A stretch of DNA of 64,000 nt from Acidimicrobiia bacterium (GTDB lineage Bacteria > Actinomycetota > Acidimicrobiia > Spongiisociales > UBA11373). The position numbers were made by a program, and so were the translations under genes. The stretch is taken from positions 13,492 through 77,491 of the forward strand of contig JACRIT010000004.1 in the NCBI GenBank assembly GCA_016215655.1, in the 5' to 3' direction. Below the pieces are notes generated by a model, which saw only the letters and a list, made by a program, of their open reading frames with translations, had not been told where the DNA came from and ran no database searches. Each line of letters begins with the position of its first letter. Positions within the stretch are counted from its first letter, which is position 1. Positions 47,893 to 57,874 of this stretch are shown piece after piece.

Positions 47893-49532
47893 ACCGCGCC
47901 GAGTGGGAACGGGAGTACGCCGAGGCGGCGAAACGCCGCGACCACTGGGTCACCCTGTCGTTCGAGGACCTTCCCGCCCTCGGTCTCCCCGAAGACGGCG
48001 CCGAGCCGCCGGAGCGAGTCGGGTATCCGGGTGGCTTCCCCTATACGCGCGGCATCCACAGCACCGGATACCGGGGCAAGCCGTGGACGATCCGCCAGTT
48101 CGCCGGGTTCGCCGGTGTGGCAGAGACGAATGCCCGGTTCCGCCACCTGCTTGCCGAAGGACAGCACGGACTGTCGGTGGCCTTCGACATGCCCACGCTG
48201 ATGGGACTCGACTCCGACAGCCCGCTGGCACTCGGCGAGGTGGGGCACTGCGGCGTCGCCATCGACACCGCCGACGACATGGCCGATTTGTTCGATGGCA
48301 TCCCGCTTGGCGAGGTGTCGGTGTCGATGACGATCAATGGACCCGCCCAGGTGCTGTTCGCCTTCTTCCTGGTGGCCGCCGAGGAGCAGGGCGTTCCCTG
48401 GGCGCGGGTGCGCGGAACGCTCCAGATCGACATCCTCTAGGAGTACATCGCCCAGAAGGAGTGGATATACCCACCCCTCCCGCACCTGCGGCTCATCACC
48501 GACATGATGTCGTTCTGTGCCTCTGAGGTTCCGCAGTGGAACACCATTTCGGTGAGCGGGTACCACATCCGCGAAGCCGGGGCCAACGCTCACGAGGAAC
48601 TCGCCTTCACCCTTGCCGACGGGTTCGCCTACGTCGAGGCGGCGATGCGGGCGGGGATGCCCGTCGACCAGTTCGCCCCGCGGCTTTCGTTCTTCTTCGA
48701 CTCCCACCTCGACTTCTTCGAGGAGATCGCCAAGTTCCGGGCCGCTCGCCGGATCTGGGCGAGGTGGATGCGGGACCGGTATGCGGCGGGCGACGAGCGC
48801 TCCTGGAAGTTGCGCTTCCACACCCAGACCGCGGGGGTGTCGCTCACCGCCCAGCAGCCCGACAACAACGTCGTGCGTACCGCCATCGAAGCCCTGGCGG
48901 CGGTCCTCGGTGGCACCCAGTCGTTGCACACGAATGCTCTCGACGAGGTCTACGCGCTCCCCACCGAGCGCGCCGCCGAGATCGCACTGCGGACCCAGCA
49001 GGTGATCGCGGAGGAGACCGGTGTGGCGGACGTCATCGACCCTCTCGGGGGATCATGGTTCGTGGAAGCGATGACCGACGCGATGGAGGATCGGGTGGAG
49101 AGGCTGCTCGCCGAGATCGATCGCATGGGATCGGGCTCGATGCTCGATGGCGTGTTGCGGGGCATCGAGGATGGATGGTTCCAGAACGCTCTCGCCGACT
49201 CGGCGTATGCCTTCGAGAAGGCCCTCGGGTCGGGGGAGCGTACGATCGTCGGAGTCACCAAGTACGCCGCGGCCGACGAAGACCACCTCGACATCCTCCG
49301 CATCGGGTCGGACGTGGAGACGATCCAGCGCCGGCGCATCGCCGAGGTCCGTGGACGGCGCGACGGGGCCGCGGTGGCCGCGGCGCTCGAGGAGCTCGCC
49401 TCGGCAGCGGCCTCCGGGGCGAACCTGATGCCGTTGCTCGTCGCCGCCGCCCGGGTGCGTGCCACCGAGGGCGAGATGACGGCGGCCATGAAGGCGGTGT
49501 TCGGTGGGTATCGGGAGCCACCCCGTGTCTGA
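47889..49532 (+). pseudogene. methylmalonyl-CoA mutase family catalytic (N-terminal TIM-barrel) domain gene, interrupted by an in-frame TAG at 48438-48440
   Basis: Full-length alignment to the MCM alpha-chain substrate-binding domain. TAG replaces the conserved Lys in ...NDIL(K)EYIAQKEW...; the frame is otherwise intact; no B12-binding domain follows. Confidence 0.6.
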
Positions 49533-49721
49533 CCGGACCGAGTCGATGCGCGGGCGGCTCGCCGAAGCCGTGCTCGTGGGAATGCTGACACTGTCGCCCG
49601 TGGAGCTGCGCTCCTCCGGGATCGAGTCGCCGCCGGCGTTGGTGCTTCCCGTGGGCGATCTCATGCCCGGTCTCGATCCTTCCCTGCGGCGCCTCAGCGC
49701 CTCGATCCGGCTGGCGGTGCC

Positions 49722-50141
49722 ATGAGCAACGTCCGATGCCTTCCAGCGGTCGTGATCGTGGCCCTGTTGCTCGCCGCGGGGTGCGGCGGTGACGGCGGTT
49801 CGACCGCGACCGTTGGTGAGCAGGTGGTGTTCGGCGAGGGTGAGCCGCCGCCGGCCTTCCCCGGTGATTTCCCCATTCCGGCGAATGCCGTCATCGGGAC
49901 GACGCTGGTGGATCGGATCAACCACCGCAGCGAGATGGCGCTCCAGATCGAGGGGGTGCTCGACGCCGCCGTGCAGAACTTCACCATCGGCCTCGTCAGC
50001 CAGGGCTACGTCATCACCAACTCCGAGGGGACCGACGAGTCCTGGACGATCGCATTCAACCGCGGCGAATTGCAGGGCGAGGTCGTCTTCCAGGCGGTGG
50101 GTGGATTCACCCAGGCCGTGGCCAGTGTGAACCGGACCTGA
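49722..50141 (+). CDS. hypothetical lipoprotein
   Basis: Signal peptide plus lipobox LLAAGC; 139 aa. Confidence 0.5.
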   Translation: MSNVRCLPAVVIVALLLAAGCGGDGGSTATVGEQVVFGEGEPPPAFPGDFPIPANAVIGTTLVDRINHRSEMALQIEGVLDAAVQNFTIGLVSQGYVITNSEGTDESWTIAFNRGELQGEVVFQAVGGFTQAVASVNRT

Positions 50142-50453
50142 CATGGCGCGGCTCCGTCATTTCGAGCACCACCGGTTCATCGGATTGCGAGACACCATGC
50201 TCGTCTTCGACACGGATGATCCCGATCAGGCTCGGCGAGCCGACGATCTGGTCGGTCCCGGTGGGGCACTGGGTCGCCTGGCGGTGGCCACGTTCGCCCC
50301 GGATTCTCTCGTCGAGGCTCGCAACCGCGGTTTCCGTCCCGTTCCATCGCGGCGCCCCGCCCCCTGAGGGCGCTCGCACCCGGAACCCCCTCATCGGCAG
50401 GCGGCCAGGGTCGGACCAGCAGGCGGCCGAGCGCTCGCCCGTACGGGTGCGAG

Positions 50454-51083
50454 CTAGGCGGGAGTGGGGGTGCGGCCTCCGAAGTGCGCTGCCACCACCT
50501 CGCCGACCTTCCGCTCGCGATAGAGGAAGAAGTGGTCCGAGCCCGGGAGCACCGTCATCTCGGCATGACACCGTGCCGCGAAGTGCTCCATGTCGGCCAC
50601 GGTGGCGAACTGATCGCGGTCACCGATCACGATCCTGCGCCGTGCCGGGACGAGCAGGGCGAGATCCGGCGGGAGCGATCCGCGATACGGGCGGATTCCG
50701 GGAGCGATCCCGACCCAGGGCAGCGACGATCCGGACTCGGCCTGCCATGCGAGCGACACGCTGGCCCCAAATGACCACCCGGCAACCCCGAGGGGCAGAC
50801 CGGGGTGGGTGGCCGCGGCGAGCTCGACGGCGGCGGCGACATCGAGGACTTCCCCGCTGCCACCACCCCAGGTGCCCTGGGAGGCGCCAACACCACGGAA
50901 GTTGAACCGCAACACGGCGAGTCCGGCATCTCCCACCGTCGCGGCCACGGTGCGCATCAACGGGGTCGTCATCGTCCCGCCGTCGAGCGGATGCGGATGG
51001 CACAGCACGATCGCTCCCAGCGGCTCCGAATCGGGCGTGGTCCAGATCCCCTCGAGCACCACCCCGTCCGCGGTGGTGATCAT
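50454..51083 (-). CDS. alpha/beta hydrolase
   Basis: GWSFG nucleophile elbow plus a later conserved His; start at 51083 or 51104. Confidence 0.65.
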   Translation of the reverse strand: MITTADGVVLEGIWTTPDSEPLGAIVLCHPHPLDGGTMTTPLMRTVAATVGDAGLAVLRFNFRGVGASQGTWGGGSGEVLDVAAAVELAAATHPGLPLGVAGWSFGASVSLAWQAESGSSLPWVGIAPGIRPYRGSLPPDLALLVPARRRIVIGDRDQFATVADMEHFAARCHAEMTVLPGSDHFFLYRERKVGEVVAAHFGGRTPTPA

Positions 51084-51275
51084 CCGGCGACCCGGAGTAA
51101 CCACGCCACCGAGGCCGTCAGGATCAACAGGGCGGTCACCAGGGCGGCAACGATGAGGTAGCGGGTCTGCATTCGCGCCGAGAGGGTACCGGCGCCCCCG
51201 GTGGAGGCATCCCCATCTTCTCTTGGTTCGAGATCGCGCACCGATCTAGGCTCTGGCGAACCGACTGGAGGCGCT

Positions 51276-52649
51276 GTGTACGACGTCGCGATCATTGGGG
51301 GCGGTCCGGGCGGATACGCCGCCGCCCTGTACGCGCACAATTTCGGTCTCTCGGTTGCCCTGGTCGAGAAGGCGCAGGTCGGTGGCACCTGCCTGCACCG
51401 GGGCTGCATCCCCGCCAAGGCGTGGATTCACACCGCCGAAGTGTTCGCCGAGGTCGCCGGTGCGGCCGAGTTCGGGGTCATCGCATCGGCTCCGCAGCTC
51501 GACTGGGGGCGGGCTCTGGAACGCAAGAACGCCGTGGTCGGCCAGCTGTACAAGGGCTTGCAGGGCCTCCTGAAGCAGCGCAAGGTGGACATCGTCGCCG
51601 GGACCGGCCGCCTCTCCGGTCCGGGGATCGTCGATGTCGCCGAGATCGCCGGTGGGGCGCGGCGCATCGAGGCGCGCAAGGTCATCATCGCCACCGGATC
51701 CGTGCCTCGCACCCTGGCCGGGTACGAGCCCGATGGGGAGCGGCTCGTGACGTCGGACGTCGCCCTCGACTGGACCAGCCGGCCGGACCGGGTGGCGGTC
51801 ATCGGGGCCGGGGCGATCGGGGTCGAGTTCGCCTGCATGCTTGCCGAACTCGGGACCGAGGTTCACCTCTTCGAAGTCTTCGACCAGGTGCTGCCCGGCG
51901 TCGAGCCCGAGGCAGCCAAGCTCATCACCCGGCTGCTGGGGCGCAAGGGCATCCGGGTGGCCACCGGCGTCAAGGTCGACCCCCCGGTGATGACCGCGGC
52001 GGGGGTCAAGGTGTCGGCAGGTGGATCCGAGGTCGAGGTCGATGTCGTCCTGGTCGCGGTCGGCCGGGCTCCGCTCACCGCCGGGATCGGCCTCGAGGAG
52101 GCAGGTGTCCGACTCGACCGTGGGTACGTCGTCGCCGATCGGGCCACGATGCTCACCGATGCCCCCGGTGTCTACGCCGTCGGTGACATCGTGGCCGCGA
52201 CCCCGCAGCTCGCCCACGCCGGGTTTGCCGAAGGGATATCGGCCATCACCCATATCGCCACTGGAACCCCTGCTCCGGTCGACTATCGGGCCATTCCGCT
52301 CGTGGTGTACTCGATACCCGAAGTCGCCTCGGTGGGTCTCACCGAAGCTCAGGCCCGCACCGCCGGCCACGACGTGGTCACGACCGACCACGGCATGGGC
52401 GGCGTTGGCCGGGCGATCATCCGGGGGCAGGCCCAGGGTCTGGTCAAGATCGTTGCCGAGCGGGGTGGTCCCATCCTCGGTGCCACCATCGTCGGGCCGG
52501 AGGCGGGAGAGCTCATCCACGAGCTGATGTACGCGGTCGGCTGGGAGGCTCTGCCCTCGGAGGCGGCGGCCTTCATCCATGCCCATCCCACACTCGCCGA
52601 GGCGGTGGGCGAGTCGCTCCTCGCCGCCTCAGGCCGGAGTCTGCACTGA
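51276..52649 (+). CDS. lpdA: dihydrolipoyl dehydrogenase (E3)
   Basis: GTG after GGAGG; redox disulfide GGTCLHRGCIPAK; C-terminal dimerisation domain. Confidence 0.85.
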   Translation: MYDVAIIGGGPGGYAAALYAHNFGLSVALVEKAQVGGTCLHRGCIPAKAWIHTAEVFAEVAGAAEFGVIASAPQLDWGRALERKNAVVGQLYKGLQGLLKQRKVDIVAGTGRLSGPGIVDVAEIAGGARRIEARKVIIATGSVPRTLAGYEPDGERLVTSDVALDWTSRPDRVAVIGAGAIGVEFACMLAELGTEVHLFEVFDQVLPGVEPEAAKLITRLLGRKGIRVATGVKVDPPVMTAAGVKVSAGGSEVEVDVVLVAVGRAPLTAGIGLEEAGVRLDRGYVVADRATMLTDAPGVYAVGDIVAATPQLAHAGFAEGISAITHIATGTPAPVDYRAIPLVVYSIPEVASVGLTEAQARTAGHDVVTTDHGMGGVGRAIIRGQAQGLVKIVAERGGPILGATIVGPEAGELIHELMYAVGWEALPSEAAAFIHAHPTLAEAVGESLLAASGRSLH

Positions 52650-52671
52650 TCATGGCCATGCTGAGGCGATC

Positions 52672-54669
52672 GTGATCGAAGCGAAGGGACACTCCGCGGA
52701 GCTCGACTCGTCGCGCTTGCTTGCGATGTACGAGCTCATGATCACGGGCCGTCTGCTCGAAACTCGACTGCACACGATGTACCGCGGTGGCCGGCTTCCC
52801 GGAGCCGTCTACCCGGGGGTCGGCCAAGAGGCCGCACAGGTCGGGTTCGCCTCGGCGTTGGAGGCGGGAGACATCTTCGGCCCGACGCATCGCGATCTTC
52901 TCGCCCAGCTCACCCGCGGTGTGACGCTGGAGGAGACGATGCTGAACTTCTTCGGCAAGGTCACCGGGCCGACGAAGGGTCGCGACGGCAACAGCCACTT
53001 CGGGGTGCTCGACAGGGGGACCCTCATGGTGGTTTCGCCGCTCCCCGACGCCTATCCCGTCGCCATGGGGGCTGCCCTTGCCTTCAAGCAGCGCGGCGAA
53101 CGGCGCGTGGCCCTCGCCGACTGTGGGGAGGGGTCCACGGCCACCGGCACCTGGCATGAGGCGGTGAACATGGCAGCGGTCCTGCGGCTGCCCATCGTGT
53201 TCACCGTCCAGAACAACCAGTACGCCTACTCGACCCCCAATGATCTCGAGTTCAGCCTCGCCTCCGCCGGGCACCGCGCCGACGGGTACGGGATTCCGGG
53301 TGTCGTGGTCGACGGCAACGATGTGCTCGAGTGCTACGCCGCGGCGCGAGAGGCGGTCGAACGAGCCCGCAACGGTGAAGGGCCGACCCTCATCGAGGCG
53401 GTCACCTTCCGTCACTTCGGACATGCCGGTCACGACCCTGCCGAGTACGTCAAGCCCGACGAGCGCGAGGCATGGCTCGCCAAGGATCCGATCCCGCGCT
53501 TCGAGGAGTTCCTCGGCACGCGCGGCCTGCTCGATCAGGCCGGGCGAGAGGCCATCGCCGCCCGGATCGAAGAGCGGATCCGCGGCGTCATCGAGTGGGC
53601 GCAGACCCAGCCCGACCCGACGATCGCCGATCTCGCCACCGACTTGTTCGCGGTGGCGCCCGAGCCATCGGCTCCGGGACCCGGTGAGGGGGTCGGCGAG
53701 CCTGTGACGATGATCGATGCCATCACCCAGGCCCTCGACGAGGAGATGGAGCGCGACGAACGGGTGTTTCTCCTGGGTGAGGATGTCGGTCCCTTCGGCG
53801 GAGCCTTCAAGGTCACCAAGGGCCTGTTCGAGAAGTACGGCCCGATGCGGGTCATCGACACCCCCATCGCCGAGTCCGCCATCGTTGGTGGCTCGGTGGG
53901 AGCCGCCCTCATGGGTCAGATTCCGGTGGCCGAGCTGCAGTACACCGACTTCATCTACCCCGGCCTCGATCAGCTCTTCAACGAGGCAGCCAAGTACCTC
54001 TGGAAGGGCGGGAGATCGGTGCCGATGGTGCTGCGCGGCCCCAGCGGCGCCGGCCTGCGGGCGGGCCCGTTCCATTCGATCAGCCCCGAGGGGATGCTTG
54101 CCCATCACCCCGGGATCAAGATCGTCGTGCCCAGCACGCCCACCACCGCCAAGGGTCTCCTGGTGGCGGCAATCCGCGACCCCAATCCCGTCGTGTACCT
54201 CGAACACAAGAAGCTCTACCGCAGCATCAAGGAGGCCTTGCCGGCCGGACGGTTCGAACTTCCGCTCGGCAAGGCCCGGCTGGTGCGCACAGGCGACGAT
54301 GTGACCATCGTGACCTGGGGGGCGATGGTGCACACGGCGACGGCAGCCGCCGAACTCCTCGATGCGGATGGCGTATCGGTGGAGATCCTCGATCTGCAGA
54401 CGATCGTGCCCCTCGACTGGGACGCGGTATTCGCCTCGGTGCGCAAGACGTCCCGGCTCGTCGTCGTCCAGGAAGATGTGCCGTTTGCCTCGGTCGCCTC
54501 GGAGGTGGCAGCCCGGATCGCCGCCGAAGCCTTCTGGGACCTCGACGGGCCGATCATCCGCGTGACGCCTCCTCACACCCACATTCCGTTCGCCACGATT
54601 CTCGAAGACGCCTTCATCCCGCAAGTCGCCGACATAGTCACCGCCGTCAATACACTCGCGGCGTCGTAG
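52672..54669 (+). CDS. 2-oxoacid dehydrogenase E1 component, fused alpha-beta (TPP-dependent)
   Basis: N-terminal half carries the E1-alpha TPP-binding region; C-terminal half carries E1-beta transketolase-like and C-terminal domains; single 666-696 aa ORF. GTG start tentative. Confidence 0.75.
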   Translation: MIEAKGHSAELDSSRLLAMYELMITGRLLETRLHTMYRGGRLPGAVYPGVGQEAAQVGFASALEAGDIFGPTHRDLLAQLTRGVTLEETMLNFFGKVTGPTKGRDGNSHFGVLDRGTLMVVSPLPDAYPVAMGAALAFKQRGERRVALADCGEGSTATGTWHEAVNMAAVLRLPIVFTVQNNQYAYSTPNDLEFSLASAGHRADGYGIPGVVVDGNDVLECYAAAREAVERARNGEGPTLIEAVTFRHFGHAGHDPAEYVKPDEREAWLAKDPIPRFEEFLGTRGLLDQAGREAIAARIEERIRGVIEWAQTQPDPTIADLATDLFAVAPEPSAPGPGEGVGEPVTMIDAITQALDEEMERDERVFLLGEDVGPFGGAFKVTKGLFEKYGPMRVIDTPIAESAIVGGSVGAALMGQIPVAELQYTDFIYPGLDQLFNEAAKYLWKGGRSVPMVLRGPSGAGLRAGPFHSISPEGMLAHHPGIKIVVPSTPTTAKGLLVAAIRDPNPVVYLEHKKLYRSIKEALPAGRFELPLGKARLVRTGDDVTIVTWGAMVHTATAAAELLDADGVSVEILDLQTIVPLDWDAVFASVRKTSRLVVVQEDVPFASVASEVAARIAAEAFWDLDGPIIRVTPPHTHIPFATILEDAFIPQVADIVTAVNTLAAS

Positions 54670-54680
54670 GAGAAACCACC

Positions 54681-56198
54681 ATGTCGCTCACGGTCACGAT
54701 GCCGCAACTCGGGGAGACGGTCACCGAAGGCACCATCTTGCGATGGGCCAAGAAGGCCGGTGACACGATTCGCGAAGACGAGACGCTGCTCGAGATCTCG
54801 ACGGACAAGGTGGATACCGAGGTGCCGTCGCCGATCGCCGGCACCATCCTGCAGATCCTCGTGGCGGAAGGCGCCACGGTATCGGTGGGCACCCCGCTCG
54901 TCATCATCGGTCAGGCCGGGGAGGCAGCGGCTTCGCCGGCGGCCATGTCCGCGGCGCCGCCGGCCCCCGTTGCGGCTCCCGTGGCGCCGGTGGCACCGAC
55001 CGTGTCCGCCACACCGCCGGTGGCAGCGCCTCCTGTGGCGGCCCCGGTGGCGGCGCCCCCAGCCACCGTGTCGATGCCACAACCCCAGGTGATGAACGTG
55101 ACCGTGACGCGCGATCCGGGGATGCTGTCTCCGGTCGTGCGCCGCCTCGCTGCCGAGCACGGGATCGATCTGTCTCGGGTCATCGGCACGGGAATCGACG
55201 GGCGGATCACCCGACGCGACGTGGAGGCGCATGTCGCCTTGGCCGCGGCGGTGCCGAGGTCCCAGCCCGAGCCGTCACGCACCGTGCTCGGGCGTGGCAT
55301 CCAGGATCTCATCTCCGAGGAACCCGCCCCGGCGGACCATGTGCTGTTCACCCCGGCGGCCCCGGTGGCAGCGGCCACGGTGCCCCCGGTGCCGGTGGCC
55401 CCGGTCCCGGCCACGACGACGACACCGTCGCCGGCGACGGTGGCTCCAGCAACGGCACCCGTCCCGGTCTTCTCGGCGGAAGGTTCGGTCGAGGACCTCT
55501 CCCGACTCCGCATGCGCATCGCCGAGAACATGATCCGGGCCAAGCAGACCGCGGCTCACGTGTGGACGTCGGTCGAAGTCGACTTCGAGCACGTCGAGCG
55601 GATACGTTCTCGCCATCGCGAAGGCTTCAAGGCGCGCGAGGGCTTCTCGCTCACCTACCTCCCGTTCATCAGCCGGGCGACGGTGGATGCCCTCAACACG
55701 TTCCCGGTGGTCAACTCGAGTCTCGATCTGCCCAACCGGGTGCGGATCATGCATGGTGGGGTGAACCTCGGCATCGCCATCGATCTGAACGAGGATGGCC
55801 TCGTCGTGATGACCCTCCGGGGTGCCGATGGGCTGCGCCTGCGCGGCATCGCCCGCGAGGCGCGCCGACTCGCCGACAAGGCGCGAACGGGCAAGATCGA
55901 GCCGGACGATCTCGCCGGGTCGACATTCACCATCACCAATCCAGGACCGTTCGGGTCGTTCATGTCGGCTCCCATCATCAACGTGCCAAACGTCGCGATT
56001 CTGTCCACGGACACGGTGGTGAAGCGACCGGTGGTCGTCACCGACAAGGATGGCAATGACGCCATCGCCATCCATCACATCGGGTATCTCGGTTTGAGCT
56101 GGGACCACCGCGCCTTCGATGGATCCACCGCGGTCATGTTCCTCAGTCGCATCAAGCAGAACCTCGAGACCTGGGACTGGGAACAGGAACTGGCGTGA
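54681..56198 (+). CDS. dihydrolipoamide acyltransferase (E2)
   Basis: Lipoyl domain with lipoyl-Lys (ISTDKV), peripheral subunit-binding domain, Ala/Pro linkers, catalytic DHRAFDG motif. Confidence 0.85.
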   Translation: MSLTVTMPQLGETVTEGTILRWAKKAGDTIREDETLLEISTDKVDTEVPSPIAGTILQILVAEGATVSVGTPLVIIGQAGEAAASPAAMSAAPPAPVAAPVAPVAPTVSATPPVAAPPVAAPVAAPPATVSMPQPQVMNVTVTRDPGMLSPVVRRLAAEHGIDLSRVIGTGIDGRITRRDVEAHVALAAAVPRSQPEPSRTVLGRGIQDLISEEPAPADHVLFTPAAPVAAATVPPVPVAPVPATTTTPSPATVAPATAPVPVFSAEGSVEDLSRLRMRIAENMIRAKQTAAHVWTSVEVDFEHVERIRSRHREGFKAREGFSLTYLPFISRATVDALNTFPVVNSSLDLPNRVRIMHGGVNLGIAIDLNEDGLVVMTLRGADGLRLRGIAREARRLADKARTGKIEPDDLAGSTFTITNPGPFGSFMSAPIINVPNVAILSTDTVVKRPVVVTDKDGNDAIAIHHIGYLGLSWDHRAFDGSTAVMFLSRIKQNLETWDWEQELA

Positions 56199-57829
56199 CC
56201 CTCCTCAGGGTTCGCTGGCTCGGCCGGCTGCCCTATGCGGAGGCCTGGGATCTGCAGCGGGCGCTCCACGAGGGCCGGGTGGAGGGCCGATCGGCTGACG
56301 ACTACCTGCTCCTCCTCGAGCACCCCCACGTGTTCACCGTCGGCCGGTTCTCGGCAGGTGCGAACGTATTGCTGTCCGCGGAGGACGCCACTGCAGTTGG
56401 CGCCGAAATCCACCGAGTGGATCGTGGTGGCGACGTCACCTATCACGGCCCAGGTCAACTCGTTGGGTACCCCATTCGCCATCTCGGAGATCGGCCTGCC
56501 AGTGCCGATCACGTGCACCGGATCGAGGAGATGCTCATCGCCGTGCTTGCCGACCTGGGCCTGCGGGGATGGCGCGAGCCGGGCTTGCCCGGGGTGTGGA
56601 CCGAGCAAGGAAAGGTCGCCGCCATCGGGGTGCGAACGGCACATCGGGTCACGACGCACGGCTTTGCGCTGAATGTCGCTCCGGACCTCGACTACTTCCG
56701 TCACATCATTCCCTGTGGCATTCCGGATCGTCCGGTGACCAGCCTCGCCGCACTGCTGGGGCGAGCGATCTCGATCGAAGAGGTCGTGGACGTGTTGGTG
56801 CCGCACTTCGCCGCGGTCTTCGGCTACGAGGCCGTCGAGCAGCAGCGCGCCGCCTTTGTCCGCGGTGCGGGCCGCAACGGTGCCCGGTTCGAGATCGACG
56901 AGCTGGTTGCCTCAGGCGCGTTCTCGCCGGAGGGGCGTGGTTCGCTTCCGATCACCACCCGCGGCAGGCTGCCCGGCGAGCCCGACAAGCCCGAATGGAT
57001 GAAGGTGCGTCTCGACCTGGGTCCGGGATACCGCGACCTCAAGCGCCTCGTCGAGGGGATGCGTCTCAACACGGTGTGCGAGGAGGCGTCATGTCCCAAC
57101 ATCTCCGAGTGCTGGGGGAGTGGCACGGCGACGTTCATGCTCCTCGGGGAGGTATGCACCCGAGCCTGCAGCTTCTGTGACGTTGCCACCGGGCGGCCTG
57201 GTGAGGTCGATCGGGATGAACCGAAGCGTGTCGCCGAGGCCATCACCGAGATGCGATTGGAGCACGCCGTGCTCACGTCGGTGAACCGTGATGATCTCGA
57301 TGACGGTGGCGCGGAGATCTTCGCCGAGACCATTCGCCAGATCCGGGCGCGACTCGCCTGCGAGGTCGAAGTGCTCATCCCCGACTTCAAAGGCGACCGG
57401 GATGCTCTCCAGACGGTGATGGACGCTTCCCCCGACGTGCTCAATCACAACACCGAAACCGTGATACGCCTGCAGCGCGAGGTTCGCACCGCGGCGAACT
57501 ATGGCCGGTCGCTCGCCCTCTTGGCCCGGGCGCGGTGGATGCGACCCGAGTCCCGCATCAAGTCAGGGCTCATCGTCGGCATGGGCGAGACGCACGACGA
57601 GGTGCTCGGTGCGCTTGCCGATCTGCGGGCAGTTGGCGTGAGCATCGTCACCATTGGCCAGTACCTTCGGCCGACCGCCCGACACCGGCGCATCGACAGG
57701 TACGTGCATCCCGACGAGTTCGCCGAGTACAAGGCGGTCGGCGAGGCGCTCGGGCTGCGCCATGTGGAGAGCGGCCCCTTGGTGCGTTCCTCGTATCACG
57801 CCAAGGAGGCTGCTCGGGCCGGGGTTTGA
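56195..57829 (+). CDS. lipB/lipA: fused octanoyltransferase LipB - lipoyl synthase LipA (single 544-aa ORF)
   Basis: N-terminal about 230 aa matches LipB; C-terminal about 300 aa matches LipA with radical-SAM box CTRACSFC and the auxiliary-cluster cysteines [12 protein letters not shown]; no stop codon between the two. Confidence 0.8.
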   Translation: MTLLRVRWLGRLPYAEAWDLQRALHEGRVEGRSADDYLLLLEHPHVFTVGRFSAGANVLLSAEDATAVGAEIHRVDRGGDVTYHGPGQLVGYPIRHLGDRPASADHVHRIEEMLIAVLADLGLRGWREPGLPGVWTEQGKVAAIGVRTAHRVTTHGFALNVAPDLDYFRHIIPCGIPDRPVTSLAALLGRAISIEEVVDVLVPHFAAVFGYEAVEQQRAAFVRGAGRNGARFEIDELVASGAFSPEGRGSLPITTRGRLPGEPDKPEWMKVRLDLGPGYRDLKRLVEGMRLNTVCEEASCPNISECWGSGTATFMLLGEVCTRACSFCDVATGRPGEVDRDEPKRVAEAITEMRLEHAVLTSVNRDDLDDGGAEIFAETIRQIRARLACEVEVLIPDFKGDRDALQTVMDASPDVLNHNTETVIRLQREVRTAANYGRSLALLARARWMRPESRIKSGLIVGMGETHDEVLGALADLRAVGVSIVTIGQYLRPTARHRRIDRYVHPDEFAEYKAVGEALGLRHVESGPLVRSSYHAKEAARAGV

Positions 57830-57874
57830 GTGGCGGGTCGCGAAGTGTCATTGGTGCGGGGTACCTTCTGAGTC

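Noticed and set aside
48438-48440. Pyrrolysine decoding of the in-frame TAG in the mutase gene
   Set aside because: No pylTSBCD genes are visible in this window, and the lineage (high-GC actinobacterial-type) is not known for Pyl usage; a pseudogene or sequencing error is more parsimonious. Cannot be fully excluded without the rest of the genome.
49546-49725. Small ORF (60 aa from ATG 49546) between the mutase gene and the lipoprotein gene, with an ATGA overlap to the lipoprotein
   Set aside because: No recognisable motif; could be a real coupled small protein, but support is insufficient to call; similarly the 74-aa ORF at 50143-50367.
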